Shown in pieces: positions 1 to 12,278 of a stretch of DNA of 64,000 bases. The stretch comes from Flectonema sp. DT1601. Its lineage: Eukaryota. The first letter of the stretch is position 1; each line of letters opens with the position of its first letter. Both the position numbers and the translations under genes were made by a program. The notes beneath the pieces were generated by a model that worked only from the letters and a program-made list of their open reading frames with translations, was not told where the DNA came from and made no database searches. The stretch spans positions 620,001 through 684,000 of the forward strand of contig OZ025802.1 in the NCBI GenBank assembly GCA_964019425.1. The letters run 5' to 3'.

Positions 1-69
1 TTCAAAAAAGAGAAATTGAGTAACGTGCACCCAAAGAAGAGGTAAGTTTTTTTTTCACAAAAAAAAAAA

Positions 70-104
<35 letters not shown>

Positions 105-2154
105 TATCAATCGATACGAATATTTCACATCAGCAAAAGTGTGTATTAAGATGTAGTGTGATTACTTCTAACAGTTTAAAACTTCATCAAGATACCGTCT
201 TGTTTAGATTGTATTAGTTGTATTGAACAAAGACGGTTAACTAGATTCAAAACCAGGGAATTTATGCTTACAGCCAATACCGTAAGCTTCTCACTAGCTA
301 TCTAATTAAGATATCACTTTTTTTTTTTTTTGTGTGTTTCTTTTTTTTTTTGTTAGAAAAACCTCAGCCATAACGTAAGTGAAATTGGTACTATCCAGAA
401 AAAAACGTTTTTATTCCAATGCTCTGTAAACCGCGTCTTTGACTTACGTGTCTAAACGTCTACTGTATTATTTAAAGTTGCTTTGGTTGTATTGAATAAG
501 ACGGTTGATTAGGCCTCAGCCATAACGTGAAAAGGTATACCGCAGTGGTTGTATTTGTAAAATTGGCCTGACAATGAGATTTAAAAATGATTTCCTTGTT
601 GACCTTAAAATCCACTGCTTCCCTTTTTTTTTTAAAGAGAATTTTTAAAAAAATATATACTTCTTCCTTGTTTGCAACCTGATGGGAACTTCCAGATAAT
701 ACTCCAGTTGTATTCGCAGAGGGTGGGGGAACTGTATGTTCGATTTTGTAAAAATTACAACTGTGGTGTATCATAAAAAACATAAATATAAATTAGTATT
801 AGTTTCAGATACAGTGACTAAGGTTAATGCTCAACTTAGCATAATAAAGTAGCAAGGGGGGAAGGTGAGTTATCATAACAAAATTATCAATTAATCAATC
901 AATTGAGCTTAGTTAAGCTAGCAATTTCAACAAGTCACTGAGAACAAGTTAAAGTTAGAGGCTCAAAGAGAATGGGGTAGCTCTTCAAAGCTCCTCAATA
1001 GCAAGGTAGTAGATGCAACTCAATCCCTGAAAGGATTATTTAATTTCAGAACAGGGCATACAAAATCAAGAGATCTGTAACCACAATGTGTTCACCATAA
1101 CTGGACCATTAGCAGCAAAACTTTGTGAAAAAAAAAAAAAAAAAAAAGAGCGGAAAAGAAAGAAAAAAAAAAAAATTAAAATAATTACTTATTTATAACG
1201 TGACATGTTATGTACTAATTAAATAAATAAATAAAAGTGAAAACTGGGGGATGGGGTAGGGAATTTAGATAAATAAATCAAAGGAAAGGTTTTTTTTTTT
1301 TTTTAAATGTATTAATTTCCTGAACTAAGACATCCACGTTACCTTGAGTTGTGATATTCCGCAAATTGGAACTATTCACCTTCTACTCAACTCAATAAGA
1401 CCTCAGTGGGAGGGACCTGTACCATAGAAAACTGTAAGTGAATTCAGGTATCCCTTAGCCCTTTAGCCAGGCTAACCGATGCTTGTTTTCTTCTTTAAGG
1501 GTGAGGGAGAGGGAGGGGAAAAAAAAACCGATCGGTAAGGTTAAATTAGTACCTCTATTGACATTCTTGCACGTCAATTAGAAAGCAAAGGAATATAACT
1601 AGGCATAGTATGCAAGACAACAAAAGTGATAGTTGGGAAAGGAAACAACGCAAGTAATAGCGACAGCGGTGTTTACATTAATGCAAACAGAGGTCAACTT
1701 AGAAGGTCCAAATCATTGCAGATAGATATTCTATTTTTTTTTTTTTTTTTTTTTTTCTTTTTCCTTGTTTTCCATTCCCCCACACCTCTGTGAATTTCAA
1801 TGACTGTAGTACTGTCAGCCACGAGGACAGATTTCAGGGAAGGAGGAAAAAGAAAAAAAAAATATATATATATACGGAGAAGACGTTACAAATAACGACA
1901 AAGGAACAGACTCATAATAGCATCCGGTCTTTTATTCGTCAATCTAACGAAGAACAGAAATATGACGAAGAATTACTAAAAGTGTGATACCTGCCCATCC
2001 CTCAACACACATTCAGCAATGTTAGTCATTCAGAGAAAAGTAGATATTCGATTATGTCATTTAAGCTATTTTAAAGTACTGCTACTTCTTCGTTTTAACG
2101 AACGACACCAAGCAATACAACACGCGTAATTGTTTGAATTTGTATATTTTTTTT

Positions 2155-2244
2155 TTTATTATATTTACGAAGCCTAGGAAGCAAAATCAGGAAAAGCTCA
2201 ACAGGGGTAACAGTTAGATCGCTACCAACCAACTGTGAAACTCT
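2155..2244 (-). mobile_element. SINE-like/non-LTR 3'-end repeat (family A), short copy
   Basis: TTTACGAAGCCTAGGAAGCAAAATCAGGAAAAGCTCAACAGGGGTAACAGTTAGATCGCTACC recurs at ~49590, ~50030 and ~51360, with the internal part also at ~48350 and ~55480; A-rich tail on the minus strand. Confidence 0.6.
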
Positions 2245-4959
2245 ATCGTTTTTTTTTTTTTTTTTTTAAAGTTTAAATTAGAATTTATTTTTAGTAACGA
2301 ATTAAAAAAAAATTATATAAAACACTTTTCATTTTCTAAAAAAAGAAAAGTGTGGTTGATCATACCTGTACCCCTTTAAAGGCGTACAAGTAAAGTAGAG
2401 AAATATAATCCAAATCCAACATTGCTGCATATTATGGAGTGCTAGGCAACTCACAGCAATTGACCATTTCCGAAAACTCAGCATGAAAGTAAGAATGAAA
2501 TTTAATTTTTTTTAAAAAAAAATAAAAAAAAATAATTTTTCAAACTTTGCCAAACTTAGCAAGCTTATTAAACAAGATAGGGTAAATTGATGCAAAAAAA
2601 AAAGCAAAGCAAGAACAGTAATTATGGTTTCAGTACAATACCCGGTCGTCAGGGTTTTAAAAAAAGAATTGGCTTTAACTTCAACTATACAGAAAATAAT
2701 GATATAATACTGTGATTTTTTGTTTGTGCACGAAACCGGTTAAAAAAAATAAAGCTGGAAATCTAAAATCCATAACTGCTGGGGGATTATATTATGTTGA
2801 AATGTAAGATAACAGTAATAACCATCAACAATACTTAAGATAAGTAGTAAGGTTACACTGATTAGCATGACAGAATGAGAAAGAGAGTGAAAAATATGTT
2901 TCAGGAAAGAAAACAAAAGATTTTTTTAAAAAAAAAAAAGAATTCCAGTAAGTGCATAGTATTCCATTGCTGAGTATTTCATCCAAAAATAACAACAATA
3001 AAGTGATCGTGTGCGTGTGATCAAAAAAAGTGGTCAGGAAATAACAAATTAAAATGCAGTTCTCAGCTGACATGTTCACGTTCAGTTGCGTAACGTTTTT
3101 TTTTTTTTTTTTGCCATAAATTAATAACAACTAGCAAACACTAAACTTGTTCTGGTAAAAACAAATGTTTTTTTTTTAAATTAAATCCCAGCTCTGCATC
3201 ACACACTAAGCTGGAAAAGACGTGATAACTTTGACCAGACTTACTTACTTTTATCTCGTCCACCGATGATGCATTTGTCCTCCCTTTGCGGGAATGATAA
3301 AACCCATCAATAATTGTGAACAACGACAACACTAGAGACACTATACTACAAACTTACCTATCTAACGGGTCAGTCCACTGACGACCAGAAGAGACTGATT
3401 TACCCAAAGAAAACAATGACCGTAGAGAACGAGGAAAAGATTCTTTTCATTAACCGTAGGTCATAGAGCTCGTGAAAAAAAAAAAAAGAAAAAAAGAAAG
3501 AAAACGATTCCGATTAGTAAACCCTCGTAGGAATACTGTAACAATAAGAAGTAACGAATATAGGAAAAAAAAAGCCAAACCTGTGTGATCGACATTGCAA
3601 TCAAATTGCCTCACCAGCCGAACTAAAGAAGAAGAAGATCCAGTCTCCTGTGGAGTTGAAAAGGAACAGTTCTACCAAGCATAATTACTCTGGTAGCCTG
3701 CAGAAAATACCAACAGGGATAAACAAATAAAAAAATAAGAAGGGTGAGCTTCTTTTTTGCAAAGTCGATGTGAAAAAGAAAAAAACACCAACGAAGCAGC
3801 TCACTACACACACGAGATCCAACTACAATGACTGAATGACGGTCGAAAATGAAAAAAAGACAGTCCTTTTGAAAAGCATAGATACGTGAAAGAAAAGGTG
3901 CGGAGCAAAAAAGCTATAAAAAGGAAAAAGAGAGGGATGAGTAGTGAACCCCCAAATGGGAAAATCACTAAAGGACTTAATAAAAAATAAACCGTGTTCA
4001 TCATATTTACAGTGATTAATGAGGTCATTACAAAAAAGAAATAATTAAAAAAAAATCACTCCCCCGAATGTCAGATTTTTATTGTAAAGAAACCTTTTGT
4101 TTGTTTGCAGTGAAGCCGTGAACCTACTTAAACTGATAAAGCTAAAGGAGGTTTACGTGTGCTGCCCAACATTCCTTTTTTTTTTTTTTTTTTTTTTGTT
4201 CTTTACAATATCACTTAAATACAAAAAAAAGAAAGGATCTAGAGAGAACCATACAAAGTAACAGTAATGCAAAGGTCCCGTATGCAGTACGCTTTATTTA
4301 TTGGTTGCTGCTGCCGTAGATAACTTCAATTTAAAAATTAAACTACATGATCAGCTTGCTCATTAAGGAAAGAAGATTAAGTGCAAATGCTCTAATATAA
4401 ACTTAATCATAAAAATGAATAAAGTTTTTATGTCAAGAGAATTTGAAAAAAAAAAAGGGGGTTCTTGGGTAGCCAAAACAATCAGTATTTATTTACTACA
4501 TAAATTCGTAGTGTATAATTTGTTTTGGAAAAAAAAAAAAGAAAAATCTGGGAAACTCGACCAGATTTCAGACCAAAAGGAAGTCCCCCCCTCCACCCAC
4601 AAATTACGAAATATTTAAAAAAAGAAATTAAAGAAGAATTTATTGCTCACACAACCCAGTCAATAGATTTTAAAAAGAATTTTTCCCTGTTTACTTCAAA
4701 GGTTTATGGGAGTTTTCTATTGACTGTGGGGTGGAGCTTTTTTTTTTTTTTTTTTTTTTGTTACCTAGGGACCATCGCTCGATAGAAAAAAAAGAACTGC
4801 ACACAACTTAACCCGTTTCCCTTATTTTGTATTTTGTACCTCGATTGTGCACAAAACAAACGAAGGCGCAAGAAAAGCAAAAGTTGGCCAATTCTTTTTT
4901 TTTTTTTTTTTTTTTCCCCTCCCCCGAAATTACAAACTGTCGAGGAATAACAACAACAA

Positions 4960-4996
<37 letters not shown>

Positions 4997-6105
4997 AAAG
5001 AAATTCCCAAATCTTTCAATGATTTGTAAGAAGAGGAAGATAGTCGAGGGATGTACTCGATTCGGTAATTCTAATAAAATTTAAAAAAAAAAAAAAAGTA
5101 ACAAACACAGAAACATACACATCACAGATAGAAATAATATTTATTATTTAAATTAGAGGTTTGTTTTGACATGAGTCAATGTGACTCTTTTTTTTTTTTT
5201 TACTTGGTGTACAGTAACTGGTACGTGCATCAAGTAAATTGAATTCTAACAAAAAAAATAGAAATAGAAGCTGTACGACTTTTAGAAAAAAAGAAAAAAA
5301 AAGAGAAAAGAGAGAAAAAAAAAAAAAAAAAAACAGTCTGTACGCGCTTTGGGTGAAGGTAGCCACAGCTACGCTGAAGTGAATAGTTAAAAGAAAAAAA
5401 AAAGGTGACAAAAAAAAAAAATAAATAAATAAATAACTTGGAATACAATCCTTGAAAAATGTCCCTCTATATTGGTGAACTCGCACCAAAATAAAAAAAG
5501 ACACAAAAAAAAAAGAGATTTTTAAAAAATAGTGGGATGACATTAGAAAGTAAATAAAAAAAAAAAAAATGATAAAAATATCTTCTGTTTTTCTCATATA
5601 AGCAAAAAACAGCAAATAGAAAATGACACAAACGAGTAGTAGTATTCCTACAATATAATATTATATAAGACTACAGAAGGGTTTAATAAAAAAAAAAGAA
5701 ATTTTGGATACATCGAAAAAGGTGACCCTCCAACCAAACGAAGGCTTCCGATTACGGATTGCTGCAATAATATTTCGACAAGGACAACTCTATTTAATCG
5801 GCAACTAATCCAGTGACATAAACTGACAAAAACTTTTTGAATCAAAAAAAAAAAAAAAAAAAACCTGCAACCGAGGAAGAGAGAAACAAGCTCTGTCATG
5901 ATTCACTTAGTCATAAAGTGACCAGTTACCGACATGGTTGCGGTTATACTTTCTATCACAAACATCAAAAAGATGGATCTTTACAGTCTGTTAGTGGAGT
6001 CCAAAGTCGAATGAAATATTCGTAACAGATGTCTATATCAAAGACAACACAACATGTCTAACCTCAGTTGAAAATAACTAACATCTTACTATTAGCTTAG
6101 GAACT

Positions 6106-6477
6106 TCAGTGAGAAAATGCGATCCACGCCTCAAAGAGGATGCAGATAATAACAATAATTTCTAACCACTGTCCAACTGTTGCATGAAATTCCGAAACTT
6201 GAAAATCGACTTCTTCCTTGAGAGCAGCAGCACCACCTTCGATGAGTTCAATTTGTTTGATATTTTCCAGAGTTAGTCCACCCTGTAACTTCATACCAGC
6301 AATCTCTTTACCTACTCGAATGAGATCGTATTTCCTGGTTGTCATTGCTTTCTTTCCCCTAGCAGTATTAGACATGTGTTTTAAAAGGTTTTCTTGAATT
6401 TCATGAAGGCGTTCTGATGGCGACATGTTACTCCACGATGTGAGTTCGATCGTTGATGCAACCATTGCAGTTTCCAT
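6106..6477 (-). CDS. Hypothetical 123-aa protein with C-terminal TM helix, reminiscent of the DUF155/RMD1 C-terminus
   Basis: ATG-started ORF preceded by a candidate acceptor (ATTCCCACCACAG); ends WLEIIVIICILFEAWIAFSH, like the LEWIIIxLIxxE tail of DUF155 proteins. Confidence 0.45.
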   Translation of the reverse strand: METAMVASTIELTSWSNMSPSERLHEIQENLLKHMSNTARGKKAMTTRKYDLIRVGKEIAGMKLQGGLTLENIKQIELIEGGAAALKEEVDFQVSEFHATVGQWLEIIVIICILFEAWIAFSH

Positions 6478-7730
6478 ATTGCGGAGTGTTTATGGGGGAT
6501 AATAATTATCTGTGGTGGGAATTAATAATAATTTCAGCAAAAAAACAGGTCTCGTTATACTTTTTTCCCCAATTACATAATCAACGTGTGAGACGGCAAA
6601 GGGAAAACAGGTGAGGAAGTAATTCAAAAGAAAAGTCAACCAGTACAACCTCAGCAGAAAATAACTAAAAACTTATAAATACACAAAATGATATTCACAG
6701 CAGCAGAGTTAGCAGCTGATGAGATTGACGGTCAATATGTCTTCTGCGACATTTCTATTTTAGTTTTTCAGATGATTTGAGAAAGACCTCTCGTTTGAGA
6801 GTTCTTTTTCGAACGTTTTTTCTTCTTTTCTCGCTTTCAAATTGTTATTTCCAGAAGGGAAATAATTCACTGCTTCAGTTCACACCACTTCTGACTCCGT
6901 GGGTAGCGGATTCCTAAGTAGTTGGGTTCAGTTTGGTATCACCACCAAGGGACTTCTTTGGTTAAGAAGTGTGGTGGTCGGTTTATTGATTTCTCTGTTC
7001 TATTCAAAATATTAATTTGCTATTTATTTAAAATAAAAAAAACCTGCAACAAAAGACGAAATCAATGTAGGACCTCATCCAAACAGGCGTACGTTTTGAT
7101 GACAAAAGGTGCGAAGTTGCAGAGTAAAAGCATTCTCACTAAACAGACAAAACAAGCTTTAAGCACGTTCCCTTGGTCAAGGAGCTCGTATTATCTACTT
7201 GCTATCCCGTTGGTTGTGATGAGAGTGTTCACAAGGCTGACTTCACTTTATTAAATTAATCAATACCACTTCAGTCTCCATGGTCAGTGGATGCCTAGTG
7301 GTTGGTTATTTTGGAGGGTTTCACCGCCAAGGCGCTTCTTTGGTGAAGAATTGCAGGCAGTTGGTTTTGCAGAAGTTGTTTGAAAAAGGGGGATGAGGAA
7401 GTGAAGGAAGCCATCAGAGAAACGACAGAAGTTAGATCATAAGGCGAGGGGGGTCTTTATTTTGTGTTCATTAATAAGTCTGCGTGAAGAAGACTTTTGC
7501 AACAAACTCAAATCACCTCCCCTCAGACAAGAGAAGATAAGAAAATGAAAGAAAAAACAAAAAACAAACAAAGAAATATTCCATTCCTCAATCTCATGTC
7601 TCAACAACTTTTAAAGAATTGATAATAAATAGTTTTGAGATTATATCAAAAGAGGAATCCTCACGAGGAGGTTTTGTTTTGAATAAAATAAAAAGAACAA
7701 CATCAGTCCTCACTACTACTGAAGACAGTT

Positions 7731-9988
7731 TCAAGGAATTGATACTTCCTCGCGAAGAATCTTAGCAGCGGCTACCATGTTCTTAAGACTTGGGACAACT
7801 TCTTCCCACTTCCTGGTCTTCAAACCGCAGTCCGGGTTCACCCAAATACGGTCCAGGGGAAGGCCGCTTTGAACTAATTTCCGAACCTGACCGATGAGCT
7901 GTTCTTTCGTTGGAATGACAGGCGAGTGAATGTCGTAAACACCTGGACCGATGTCTCGATTGTATCCAAACCCTGAAAGGGCATCCAGCATTTCATTACC
8001 ACTACGAGAGTTCTCAATGGTCAAGACGTCAGCATCCATCTCATCAATCTTGTTAATGATATCTTCAAAAGTTGAATAACACATGTGAGTTACTATTTGA
8101 GTGCTCGGCTTTGCTACTGCAGTCGAGAGTCGGAAAGCCTTCACCGCCCACGACATGTACTCCGCCGCCTCCTCGTCCTTCAGCGGCATCCTCTCACGAA
8201 GCGCCGCCTCATCGACTTGAATCACTTGGCACCCTGCTGACTCAAGGTCAGCTACTTCTTCCCGGATTGCGAGAGCGACTTCCAACGCCTGCTTCCAGCG
8301 GGGAGTGTCCACACGGCAAAACGACCAGTTTAGAATGGTAACAGGTCCCGTCAACATTCCTTTAACAGGTCTGTCACTAAGCTCTTGCGATACTTTAAAT
8401 TCCCTCACAGTCATTGGTTCCTTCCTCGACACAGTTCCGCAGATGATTGGCGGCCGTACGTAACGTGAACCGTAAGATTGCACCCAGCCATGGTTAGTAA
8501 ATGCGAACCCTTCGAGTCTCTGTCCGAAGTGTTCTACCATGTCACTTCTTTCTGGTTCACCGTGTACGAAGATGTCGAGTCCTATTTCAGTCTGAATTTC
8601 GATATTCTTCTTCAGTTCCGCGTCAATCACTACTCGGTAGTCGGCTTCACTCAACTTCTTCTGTTTCCAAGCGAGACGGCTGCGTCTCAGCTCAGGTGTC
8701 TGTGGGAAGGATCCGATAGTGGTGGTAGGGAAACGGGGGACTGCTACCTGCTTCTCCCTTCTCGCGATGAACGCCTCTGAACGTGAGAACATGTCCGCCG
8801 TCACCGTCACGTCTCCGACCTTCGTCGCCTTTGATATGTCGTCTGCGCCGGAAGTGTTGTCCTCCCCAACCCACAAGTACTCATCATTTCCCAAACAATT
8901 CGTAGCATTGGCAGCCAGAGCAACTAACACATCCAACTTCTGAACAGCAAACGCCAGCTTCTCGCGAACATCAGAAGGCAGGTCCTTCTCTAATGAAAGA
9001 TCGTAAGGAATGAACTGTAGTGAACATGATGGAGACACTACAACGTTGTCACCGACCACCTTCTGAATCCGAGCCAACAACTTCGCAGAGCTCTCCGAAC
9101 TCCTCCAAACATTGCGACCGTCAACGATACCTGCCCCCAACTGTTTACATGAAGGGAAACCTTCACTCTCAAGGGTACTTAACATTGATGAACCTCTACA
9201 GAAGTCGAGAGTAATTCTTTCAACATCAAGGCTGACGATATATTTATACACATCAACGTGCAACGAGTCGAAGTGGATGCAAAGGTTGACCGAAACACCA
9301 GACCTCGAACGAGTCAGAATGGACCCTTTTCCGTAGAGTAGCTCCGCAACGTCCTTCAGGTCCACCGCTTCGGATTTGACGAACCACGGCTCGTGGAATT
9401 GAATTTCTGGAACACCAACTTGCTGAAGTTCTTTAATCAACTGTTCATAACACGGAAGGAGTTTTATTAAAAGCTCTCTGCTTGACAAGTTGCCGCACGG
9501 CTTACATAACTTTGAGAGTGTCAGACAGCTTTCTCTTTACCGACAGTCTGCTGCGCTAATTTGATCTGGCGAATGTACTCTTTGAAGTCAGCTGTTGGTG
9601 ATACATCTGCTGGTACTTCAGGTACCATGTAGTGGTAATTAGAGTCGAAGAACTTCGTCATGTCGAGGGCGTGAATTCCATCTTTTCCTCTGGCTTGTGT
9701 GAAGTAAGAGTCGAGTCCAGTCAGTCCTGCTGACTTCACACGAGAACAGGTCAAACCGAATCTCTCTGACCAATCTAAAATATGATCATAAAGAGTGTGG
9801 TCTCCAACTCCAATGAAATCAACTCCTCGAGAGAGCTGCTCTTCGTAACTTTTAACTGCAATCGAGTCGCTCGTTGAAAGGAGTTCATCAGAACTAATTC
9901 CTCCACTCCAATACTTCTCAAGGGAAGTCTTCATCTCCCTCTTCGGTCCTGTACGAGGGAATCCTAAGGTGCTGGTTTTCAAAGACAT
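7731..9988 (-). pseudogene. metE: Cobalamin-independent methionine synthase split by one frameshifting deletion near 9524 (pseudogene or assembly error)
   Basis: N-half has LGFPRTGPKREMK, LYDHILD and MTKFFDSNYHYMVPE. C-half has PTTTIGSFPQT, HGEPERSDMVEHF, WVQSYGSR, VKGMLTGPVTILNWSF, THMCYS and NPDCGLKTR. The halves are in different frames and the conserved PVxxGP motif is missing at the junction. Confidence 0.9.
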
Positions 9989-10087
9989 TTCGGTAGTTGG
10001 AAGTAATTTAAACTAATTGGAGATGGAAGATGAGAATATTACTACTGCGGGTATTAAAGAAAAAATAAAAAACAACAAATTATTGCA

Positions 10088-10130
10088 TCCTTGAAACAAG
10101 CATATGACTACTGGCAGGATCAACCAGGTT
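10088..10130 (-). rRNA. Isolated 43-nt fragment of the 18S (SSU) rRNA 5' end; not a functional gene
   Basis: Minus strand reads AACCTGGTTGATCCTGCCAGTAGTCATATGCTTGTTTCAAGGA, the eukaryotic SSU start; similarity stops immediately afterwards. Confidence 0.9.
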
Positions 10131-10853
10131 TCTTGTTACTCTAACCAACAAGGAGTACCCGAAAGTACGCACCCTAGAGTTGAGACGTTGATTGTCATCA
10201 TTTTCCTCTTTATTGTGTCCTGCACAAAATAACTTACTAAGCGAGTTATTGCTTTTCAACCTCACATAAGACAAAAACACACTTTCTATGGCTCGCTACT
10301 ATTCTCTAATAAGTTAGCCCCCCCCAGAGGGGGAATAGTTAAAAAGGGGGATAGGGGGAAGCAAATAAACTACTTATGCAAGAATATAAAAAAAGATATT
10401 TAAATTCAAAAAAAAAAAAAAATAATAAATTAAACACTTGAAAGTATCGGTCAAGCACCTTGTTAATTGTTAAGTTCCAAACACTGGGTGGTTATTACTG
10501 GTTTTTTTTTTTTTTTTTTTTTTTTCCCCCTTTGCTCTCCTTCTATCACATAATATAACAAATGTAACAAAACATTGGTGACACTACTAAGACCTGAAAG
10601 GTCAGCAGAAGTGAATATGAACACCAAGACATACAGACCTTACTACGCGTAAAGCTGAAGCCAATAGTTTTCGTTTCACACTCGGTAAAAGTTAGACTGG
10701 ACCGGGTTTTTGTGAGCACGGGGGTGAAAAAAAATACACATTCAGCATGTTATTTGTCAACGAGGAATCAGCTCGTTTAGATTATACATTTAAGGCAAAA
10801 AAAAAAAAAAAAAAAAAAAAAAAACAGAAATAAAAATAACAAAAGAACCCAAA

Positions 10854-11361
10854 TTAGAATATTACAGATCCAATCATCGTGCTTAGTACCTGGTCAACGT
10901 TACGGCCCATTAAAGTTTCGATCTCGTTTTCAACGTGGTGTTTGGCGTTTAACTTACCAACGTTAGCTACTTCGTCAGCATCAAGACCTGATGTAATCAT
11001 TTTCTCATATTCTTTACAGAGTCTTTTCAAAGTAGAAACCGATGACAAGTTTTCCTTTAAGATCGTATGTGGTTTTTTCATTGTCAATCCACTTTCCCAA
11101 CCCTTGTCATACACTTTCAATAACATTCTTATTTCTGCTTCATTCTTTTTATAAGCACAAGGGAGTTGATAGTAACTTCTATTAAGTCCTCTCATTATTG
11201 TTTGAGTACTTGGTTTTTCTAACCAACCGATATTGCTGGTAGTTTGACGAGGTTCTATTCCCATCATTGCTTGTTGCATGTTTATAGTTCGGAATGCTGA
11301 GAGAACGACCTGTGGTTGGAAAATGGGTTTTTTTTTTTTTTTTTTTTTTTTTGAGGGGGAG

Positions 11362-11393
<32 letters not shown>

Positions 11394-11909
11394 CTTTCCT
11401 CTCACAGATTGAATGGGATCAACGACAATTGAAACACCTCTTCCCTGAGGTGTTGAATTTTCAAAACTTTGAGCAGTTGTAACATCGACAGACGACAACC
11501 AGCATCCGAACCCAGGATGACTGTGATACCATCCAACACAGTTTTCAGTACGTCCAACCTGTCCCAACATTTCCAACATTTTCTGTTGAAAAACTGGATC
11601 AACTGATTCAACAGAAACACTGTTACCACTCTGAGGCATGCTGTAGACATCAATAACTCTAACAGTGTAGTCATCAATGAATTCACCTTGCATGAGACCC
11701 ATTACTTCCATAGGAACTCCTGCTCTAGCGTGTTTTAACATCTGTTTTGTGTTAGTTAGTTTAGAAAACAAGTGCAGGTCTTTACTTTTATAATAAATAC
11801 AAACCTTTAACAAAGCCAGAGCTGATATGTGAACAGTCTCTGCAGTGTCGACAGCAGGTGCTTCCATGGCACCAGCCATCATCGCGCTTGGGTCTCCCAT
11901 CCGCATCAT
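10854..11909 (-). CDS. RPN11: 26S proteasome lid deubiquitinase Rpn11/PSMD14; introns 11742-11804 and 11310-11393; 302 aa spliced
   Basis: VDTAETVHISALALLK|MLKHARAGVPMEVMGLM, JAMM motif GWYHSHPGFGCWLSSVD, DPIQSVRGK|VVLSAFR; two GT-AG inserts interrupt conserved sequence exactly. Confidence 0.95.
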
Positions 11910-12174
11910 TGTGTAGTATGTTGTTCCCCCCCCCTGGCCTTCCTGAATAATTACAGGTTATTAAAACGTATGTAGCTTTCGTAATCAATTTGTTACCGCT
12001 GAATTATGTTCATTAGTTTTCTGTAAATAATACAAAAAAAAAGAAAATATATAAATTCTATTCGGGTGATGAACATTCACAGACAATGAACAAACGCTGC
12101 GGTCGTAAAACGATAAGTCAGTTCGGATTGCCATCATAAACAAAGCAAGAAACAGAATGAATAATAAACAAACG

Positions 12175-12208
<34 letters not shown>

Positions 12209-12278
12209 GTTACGCAGACGCAATGGCAAGTCGCTTATTAAATTCAAAAGAGCTGATCGTCAACTCGTATCAATGGAT

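Noticed and set aside
472..6025. Short poly-Lys/poly-Phe ORFs here and in 35888-45351 and 47947-55300
   Set aside because: They are translations of A/T homopolymer tracts with no protein-like content
6640..7290. Possible decayed gene sharing a short downstream motif (AACCTCAG..GAAAATAACTAA) with ORF 6106-6477
   Set aside because: Multiple stops and no recognisable domain; cannot support a call
8072..9336. Plus-strand ORFs overlapping metE, and similar ones over the kinases, LRR and GST genes
   Set aside because: Antisense shadows of real minus-strand genes
9521..9523. TGA readthrough or stop-codon reassignment in metE
   Set aside because: The downstream half is in a different frame, and other genes end normally at TAA, TAG and TGA
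9989..10850. Cobalamin riboswitch, U3 or C/D snoRNA upstream of metE (ATGATGA seen near 10200)
   Set aside because: No B12-box, U3 box A or matching D box recognised; the conserved stretch is explained as 18S 5' sequence
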